A stretch of 64,000 nucleotides of DNA from Centroscyllium fabricii (Eukaryota), in assembly GCA_051313645.2 (NCBI GenBank), contig JBNRSN020000056.1:3782001-3846000 (forward strand). Reading direction: 5' to 3'. Numbering within the stretch: position 1 is the stretch's first letter; every line of letters begins with the position of its first letter. Positions 60,142-64,000 of this stretch are shown piece after piece. The notes beneath the pieces were generated by a model. The model was given only the letters and a program-made list of their open reading frames with translations, was not told the DNA's origin and did no database searches. A program made the translations under genes and the position numbers.

Positions 60142-62240
60142 AAACCCCACTCAACAACAACAGGGAAATACTTCAAACCCTAACCCCAGTCCACAACAAC
60201 AGGGAAATACTTCAAACCCTACTCACAGTCCACAACAGCAGGGAAATGCTTCAAACCCTAACCCCAGTCCACAACAGCAGGGGAATGCTTCAAACCCTAA
60301 ACCCAGTCAACAGCAGGGAAATGCTTCAAACCCTAAACCCAGTCAACAGCAGGGAAATGCTTCAAACCCTAACCCCAGTCAACAACAACAGGGAAATACT
60401 TCAAACCCTAACCCCACTCAACAACAACAGGGAAATACTTCAAACCCTAACCCCAGTCCACAACAACAGGGAAATACTTCAAACCCTACTCACAGTCCAC
60501 AACAGCAGGGAAATGCTTCAAACCCTAACCCCAGTCCACAACAGCAGGGGAATGCTTCAAACCCTAAACCCAGTCAACAGCAGGGAAATGCTTCAAACCC
60601 TAAACCCAGTCAACAGCAGGGAAATGCTTCAAACCCTAACCCCAGTCAACAACAGCAGGGAAATGCTTCAAACCCTAACCCCAGTCAACAACAACAGGGA
60701 AATGCTTCAAACCCTAACCCCAGTCAACAACAACAGGGAAATGCTTCAAACCCTAACCCCAGTCAACAACAGCAGGGAAATGCTTCAAACCCTAATCCCA
60801 GTCCACAACAACAGGGAAATGCTTCAAACCCTAATCCCAGTCCACAACAGGGAAATGCTTCAAACCCTAATCCCAGTCCACAACAACAGGGAAATGCTTC
60901 AAACCCTAACCCCACTCAACAACAACAGGGAAATGCTTCAAACCCTAATCGCAGTCCACAACAACAGGGAAATGCTTCAAACCCTAATCCCACTCAACAA
61001 CAACAGGGAAATGCTTCAAACCCTAACCCCACTCAACAACAACAGGGAAATGCTTCAAACCCTAATCCCAGTCCACAACAACAGGGAAATGCTTCAAACC
61101 CTAATCCCACTCAACAGCAACAGGGAAATGCTTCAAACCCTAACCCCACTCAACAACAACAGGGAAATGCTTCAAACCCTAATCCCACTCAACAACAACA
61201 GGGAAATGCTTCAAACCCTAATCCCAGTCCACAACAGGGAAATGCTTCAAACCCTAATCCCAGTCCACAACAACAGGGAAATGCTTCAAACCCTAATCCC
61301 AGTCCACAACAGGGAAATGCTTCAAACCCTAATCCCACTCCACAACAACAGGGAAATGCTTCAAACCCTAACCCCACTCAACAACAACAGGGAAATGCTT
61401 CAAACCCTAATCCCAGTCCACAACAACAGGGAAATGCTTCAAACCCTAATCCCAGTCCACAACAACAGGGAAATGCTTCAAACCCTAATCCCAGTCAACA
61501 ACAACAGGGAAATGCTTCAAACCCTAACCCCACTCAACAACAACAGGGAAATGCTTCAAACCCTAATCCCAGTCCACAACAACAGGGAAATGCTTCAAAC
61601 CCTAACCCCACTCAACAACAACAGGGAAATGCTTCAAACCCTAATCCCAGTCAACAACAGCAGGGAAATGCTTCAAACCCTAACCCCACTCAACAACAAC
61701 AGGGAAATGCTTCATACCCTAACCCCAGTCAACAACAACAGGCGAATGCTTCAAACCCTAACCCCAGTCAACAACAGGCGAATGCTTCAAACCCTAATCC
61801 CAGTCAACAACAGGCGAATGCTTCAAACCCTAAACCCAGTCAACAACAGGGAAATGCTTCAAACCCTAAACAACAACATTTCCACTGATGGGTGAAACTA
61901 GAACTAGGGGGCATAATCTTAGAATAAGGGGCTGCCCTTTCAAAACTGAGACGAGGAGAAACTTCTTCACTGAGGGTGGTGAGTCTGTGGAATTTTCTGC
62001 CTCAGAGAGCTGTGGAAGCTGCGACATTAAATAAATTTAAAACAGAGATAGACAGTTTCCTAGCTGATGAGGGAATAAGGGGTTACGGGGAGCGGGCAAG
62101 GGAGTGGACGTGAGTCTAAGTTCGGATCAGCCATGATCCTATTGAATGGCGGAGCAGGCCCGAGGGGCCGTATGGCCGACTCCTGCTCCTACTTCTTATG
62201 GAAATGCTTCAAACCCTAACCCCAGTCAACAACAACAGGA
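60142..62240 (+). repeat. 36/33-bp minisatellite in HOOK2 intron 1, interrupted near its end by a CR1 fragment (61878-62199)
   Basis: Roughly 49 units of CAACAACAGGGAAATGCTTCAAACCCTAA(C/T)CCCA(G/C)TC; one more unit after the CR1. Confidence 0.95.
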
Positions 62241-62694
62241 AGAGGATACTGGCACAGACCGAGTGAAGGAGGAGGCAGTGGGGACACTTGATAGGATAGA
62301 AATTGATGAGGATTTTAGGAAGACTGGCTGTACTTAAAGTCGATGAGTCACCAGGAAGCGAATGGGATGTATACTAGCATGCTGAGGGAGGAAATTGCGG
62401 AGGGACTGGCCATAGGATTACATTGGATATACGGCACAAAAACAAACCATTCAGCCCAACCAGTCTGTGCCGGTGTTTATGCTCCACTCGAGCCTCCTCC
62501 CGTCTTTCCTCATCTAACTCTATCAGCGTAACCCTCGATTCCCGTCACCCTCAGATGCTCGTCCAGCCTCCCCTTAAATCCATCGATACTATTCGCTTTA
62601 ACCACTCCCTGTGGTAGTGAGTTCCACATTCTCACCACTCTCTGGGTAAAGAAGTTTCTCCTGAATTCCCTGTTGGATTTCTTGCTGACTATCT

Positions 62695-63760
62695 TCTCTC
62701 CTGGTCACTAAACACCTCCTCTCTGGTTAAGAAGGCCCAACAGCGCCTGTACTTCCTAAGGAAGCTGAAGAAAGCCAGGTTTCATGGTCAGTCTGGTATC
62801 ACAGTCTGGTATGGAAATTGCACCTCGGACCGGAAGGCCCTGCAGCGGGTAGTCAAAACTGCCCAACGAATCACCGGCACCCAGCTACCGTCAATTGAGA
62901 GCATCTACCTCAAACGCTGCCTACGGAGGTCTCTGAACATTATTAAAGACCCTACACACCCCAGCCACAGTCTGTTCGCCCCCCTGCCCTCCGGGAGACG
63001 CTACAGATCAATTCGCACCCGCACGACTAGATTTAAGAACAGCTTCTTCCCCAGGGCTGTCAGCCTCCTGAACTCTCAAAATAAACTCCGGTACCTGCAC
63101 ACCTGAAAATGTACTTTACTGTATGCAATTTGCATGTAATTTATTTGCACTACTCTCTGGAGCGTCGAGTCTTCGTCTCGTTGTATTGTACAGGTTGTGC
63201 ACCGAAAATCCGTGTCCCGAATAGCCGGCAGCTTCAGTCTGCCGGCACAAATTGCCCCGACTGCACTGCGCATGCGCAAGATGGCCGCCGCCATCATGGC
63301 TTCGGCGAATGATCTGCGCATGCGCCGAGCGCATGCGCAGATCATTCAAAACAGCTGCGGGTGTTTTGAATGATCTGCGCATGCGTCGCCGGACGGTTAG
63401 CGCATGCGCAGATAATTCAATACGGCCGCCGGTTATTTTCCCGACAGCTGAGCCCCGTGACTGAGGCGGACAGTCACTAGGCAACAGCTGTCAGCCTGAG
63501 TCCGGCTCGGCGGCAGCAGCAACCCGAAAGGCGATGGAGAGGGAATGCGGACCCGGGTCCGATCTGCGCATGCGCGCGCCAGCCAATCCCAATGTTGTGC
63601 GCATGCGCGCGGCCATTTTGACCGGTGCGCATGCACAGTGTCCAACCTCGTTCTCCCGGTTTTTTGTTTCCCGGCACGGGCCTGGTCCCGCCCGTGGCGG
63701 ATTAATGGTGCACAACCTGTACTAGTACTCTGCAATGACAATAAAACTTGAATTGAATCT
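62695..63760 (+). mobile_element. Rex1/Babar LINE fragment with a MITE (63191-63719) in its 3' UTR
   Basis: Near-identical to 49015-49590; MITE TIR CAGGTTGTGCACC / GGTGCACAACCTG with TA TSD. Confidence 0.9.
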
Positions 63761-64000
63761 TCTAGTTTTGCTCTTCCCCACAAGTGGAAACATTTTCTCT
63801 CTATCCACTTTATCAAAACCTTTCATCATTTTGAAGACCTCTATTAGGTCACCCCTCAGCCTTCTCTTTTTAAGAGAAAAGTGACCTAGCCTGTTCATCC
63901 TTTCCTCCTTAGATGCGGTGGGGGGGGTGGTGCTAGAGGACTGGAAAATTGCAAATGTTGCACCCTTGTTCAAAAAAAGGGGTGTAAAGATAAACCCGGC

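Noticed and set aside
60142-61880. Interstitial telomere
   Set aside because: Only about 1.5 CCCTAA per 36-bp unit and no contiguous (TTAGGG)n tract.
59987-61888. 633-aa Q/N/P-rich ORF as a gene
   Set aside because: Alternate frame of the minisatellite; its ATG overlaps the HOOK2 exon-1 donor and the unit simply lacks stops in this frame.

Overview
Repeat-dense vertebrate genomic DNA, most likely a cartilaginous fish (HE1/V-SINEs, SacSINE1-like DeuSINEs, many CR1/HER1-like LINE 3' ends). 1-11.6 kb is a nest of three Gypsy LTR retrotransposons plus solo LTRs. The rest is mostly intronic TE debris: CR1, L2-like and Rex1/Babar LINEs, Penelope-like elements with hammerhead motifs, Tigger-like and Harbinger-like MITEs, a 5S-derived SINE and a tRNA-Ile pseudogene. 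A CpG promoter built from ~120-bp tandem modules (59.1-59.9 kb) precedes HOOK2 coding exon 1 on + and, apparently, an unidentified multi-exon gene on - with a duplicated exon module, a hairpin-bracketed cassette exon and a terminal exon of 23-aa STPR-like repeats. Main finding: all three Gypsy families lack a tRNA primer-binding site. Each instead has a 13-14 nt segment perfectly complementary to its own LTR poly(A)-signal region, with compensatory changes between families, pointing to self-priming. TE boundaries without a stated TSD are approximate; all family names are by recognition, not database search.
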